Source: Amphiscolops sp. MND2022 (lineage: Eukaryota). Taken from it: 64,000 nt of DNA. The notes beneath the pieces are model-generated. The model saw nothing but the letters and a program-made list of their open reading frames with translations. It had not been told where the DNA came from and did no database searches. Where the stretch lies: the NCBI GenBank assembly GCA_964187785.1, contig OZ076409.1:73038001-73102000 (forward strand), in the 5' to 3' direction. Made by a program: the position numbers and the translations under genes. Within the stretch, counting starts at the first letter, position 1. Each line of letters opens with the position of its first letter. Shown in pieces: positions 61,901 to 64,000 of this stretch.

Positions 61901-63167
61901 TCGATAAAGTATGTGGCGCGCCTTGGGTAGGGTCCCTTGCGCGCTCTTGGGTATGGTGTTCACCAGCTAGGAAACAGGGGTCGATTTTTCGGGATCTCCT
62001 AAACTAGCCACACGATTTGGCTGAAATTTGGCACACGTACCCCCCTCGGCACGGTGAAGATGATTTCCTACTGACGTTTTTCCCGCAAAATTTTTTTTGT
62101 TGTCCAAAATAACGGTTTTTGGGGTAAAATTTTGAATTTTTTTTAAATTTTATCTTATATCTCGCCACCGGTTTACGCTAGCGCTTCAAAACCCTGCTAA
62201 AGAAAGCTCGCAAACTGTCTCAGGAATGCGGTGTGAAATTTTCAGCTCAATCGGACTCAAACTCAGGGAGATATAGCGTTTTTCCGGAGCGGGGGGGTTT
62301 CATTTTTCTAACGGTCCAGCTTATCTTAGCCATTTTTTCGAAAATGTACTCGCCTAAAGACCTCCCCTGGCCGGTTTTATTCCCAGCAAAACCATTTGGC
62401 CCTAAATACGGAGTTTCAGCGTTCCAGCATTCCCGGGCGAAAAGTTGTGGGACTTAGAAAATTTCAAAAATTTTCAAAATTTTTTTTTTCCGTTTTCCGC
62501 CCTCCCCCCCTAGGGGAAAAGACCCCCCAACCAGTAATTTGAGTGATTTCATGTGGAAAGGCCATGTTTAGAGGAGAAAATGCCGTTTAGAACGTCTTTT
62601 TATCTTGGCTCAACGTTGACTTATGACGTTTTGAAGGTGATGTTTGGAGGTGTAAAGCACGTGAATAGTAAACGTTATGAGTATTCATCTGATCTGAAAG
62701 CCATTGAGATGCAACCTGTTTTGCTCAAAACGTAATTCATATCCGTTTGGTAGTCAATCAACACCCTTTGTTGTCATTTGACATCTTTTTTTGTTGATAT
62801 AAGAAAAAATTTCGTGTACTTATTCATTTTTTTCTCATCAAATAACTTGAAACAGTTGAGTACATTCCATCCCCCCTTCACGGGGGAGATGAGAATGTAC
62901 TCGCAAAAAGCCCCAAACTACGGCCCTTACCTTCCTGAGCTACGCAGTATAAAGATTGCATATTGGTTCCGACATTTTGATAGAGTTATATCTTGGTAAT
63001 CTGTCTGGGTATGCAGAAAAACCAGCACGTGCTTTTTTATACCAAGTTGCTCACAACGACATTTATTTTATATCAACGCCCCCATATTTATCAACGCCCC
63101 CCGTCCGTGGGCATGCCGAGGCATGCCCTTCGACGACGTATACCAAAATATGTTCGAGCGCGTTAGC

Positions 63168-64000
63168 CTAGGTGCGGGGGGGTAACCCCAACAAATATAT
63201 TGGAGGATTCGGGTAGGGTCCTGAATCCGATTTTAACTCTAATAGCTATCGATAGGAAATCTTGCAAAAATTTCGGGATCTCGTGATCTAACCATAGGAT
63301 TTTAAAGTTGGAGCGGCCCCCACCAGATTTTCCGAAAATTAGCGCCCCCCACCGGGTTCCAGCGTGATTGAAATATTTTGTCGGGGTACACGGGCGACCG
63401 TTAGGGGTCATTTTAGGGGTAAAATTTATAAAAGTTAGCATAACTTTTTTCCTGTTGGTTTAAAACTTTAGGACCCTGCTAAAAGTTTCTTGACCATGTT
63501 GCAGGGGCCCCGGAGGTCCAAACCAAATTTTTCTATCTTGAAGCTATCTCCAAGTACCCCCCCGCTCAAACCGTTATTTTTCCGGAAACGCAGGTTTTTG
63601 ACCCGGAAGGAGTCGTCTGAGCGCGGGGTCGTTAGGTGATGTATTGGGGACGGCCTTGAGACGAAGTGGGGGACAAGTAGTTTGCCAACCTCAATTTACC
63701 CCCCGGACGGGAAATGACCGTTATATGAGCGTGAAAAATGCCCCCCTCCACGTTTTACCGCTATTTCCGGTGTGAAGGAGTGGGAGTAGCGCGTCGGGTG
63801 TTATATAACAAAAGTAGGTTTAGACAAGGACCTATCGGAAACATGTAGTTTGGGACCCCCTGGACCAACCCGTTAGCGGGCAATGGGGCTTCCGCCTCCT
63901 TTTTTTAGTGCTAAAACCGTAAAATGGGCATTGAGGGGTAAATATCTCGTGAACGCGTGGAGCAATCGTGTCCATCACTACTACAAGGTTTCATACCCAT
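63168..64000 (+). mobile_element. 3'-truncated divergent cassette related to the 3071-bp unit
   Basis: 63763-63830 (ATTTCCGGTGTGAAGGAGTGGG...AAAAGTAGGTTTAGACAAGG) matches 23533-23600 (ATTTCCGATGTGAAGGAGTGGG...AAAAGTAGGTTTAGACAAAG). HP3 at 63205-63228. Confidence 0.65.

Larger units (their letters stand above)
1..64000 (+). repeat. Head-to-tail array of ~1.28-kb heterogeneous non-coding units (46 complete + 2 partial), all in the same orientation
   Basis: The junction core CTAGGTG, preceded by the conserved junction motif, starts at 1231, 2518, 3790, 5063, 6352, 7644, 8933, 10226, 11516, 12804, 14070, 15357, 16645, 17914, 19202, 20491, 21780, 23069, 26140 (CTGGGTG), 27412, 29601, 30874, 32271, 33558, 34841, 36115, 37406, 38694, 39965, 41252, 42521, 43910, 45182, 46459, 47746, 49029, 50303, 51572, 52857, 54143, 55435, 56719, 57987, 59277, 60571, 61881 and 63168. 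The array runs off both window edges. Confidence 0.97.

Noticed and set aside
1..64000. Tandem rRNA, 5S, tRNA, snRNA, spliced-leader or histone gene cluster
   Set aside because: I recognised no such gene sequence in the units. An Infernal/Rfam scan would be needed to exclude a divergent ncRNA.

Overview
The whole 64 kb window is non-coding and looks eukaryotic. It is a head-to-tail array of 46 complete and 2 partial units, separated by 47 copies of one ~100-bp junction: TCAACGCC x2, the hairpin GGGCATGCC-GA-GGCATGCCC, TTCGACGAC, a variable ~25-37 nt segment, then CTAGGTG. Of the 46 complete units, 41 are 1266-1294 bp; the others are 1310, 1389, 1397, 2189 and 3071 bp. This is not a homogeneous satellite. 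The units fall into many subfamilies, some barely alignable by eye, in non-periodic order. Near-identical units recur tens of kb apart with different neighbours, and identity switches at CTAGGTG. Three hairpins sit at fixed distances from the junction (about -300, -60 and +40). They keep their fold through compensatory changes, G-T pairs or complete sequence replacement, which points to selection on a single-stranded + strand DNA or RNA form. The best reading, which is inference, is an integron-like array of non-coding mobile cassettes inserted site-specifically at CTAGGTG by a trans-acting enzyme (tyrosine recombinase or HUH/rolling-circle type) not encoded here. I could not support any credible CDS, RNA gene or CRISPR array. 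All comparisons were made by eye and no database searches were run.
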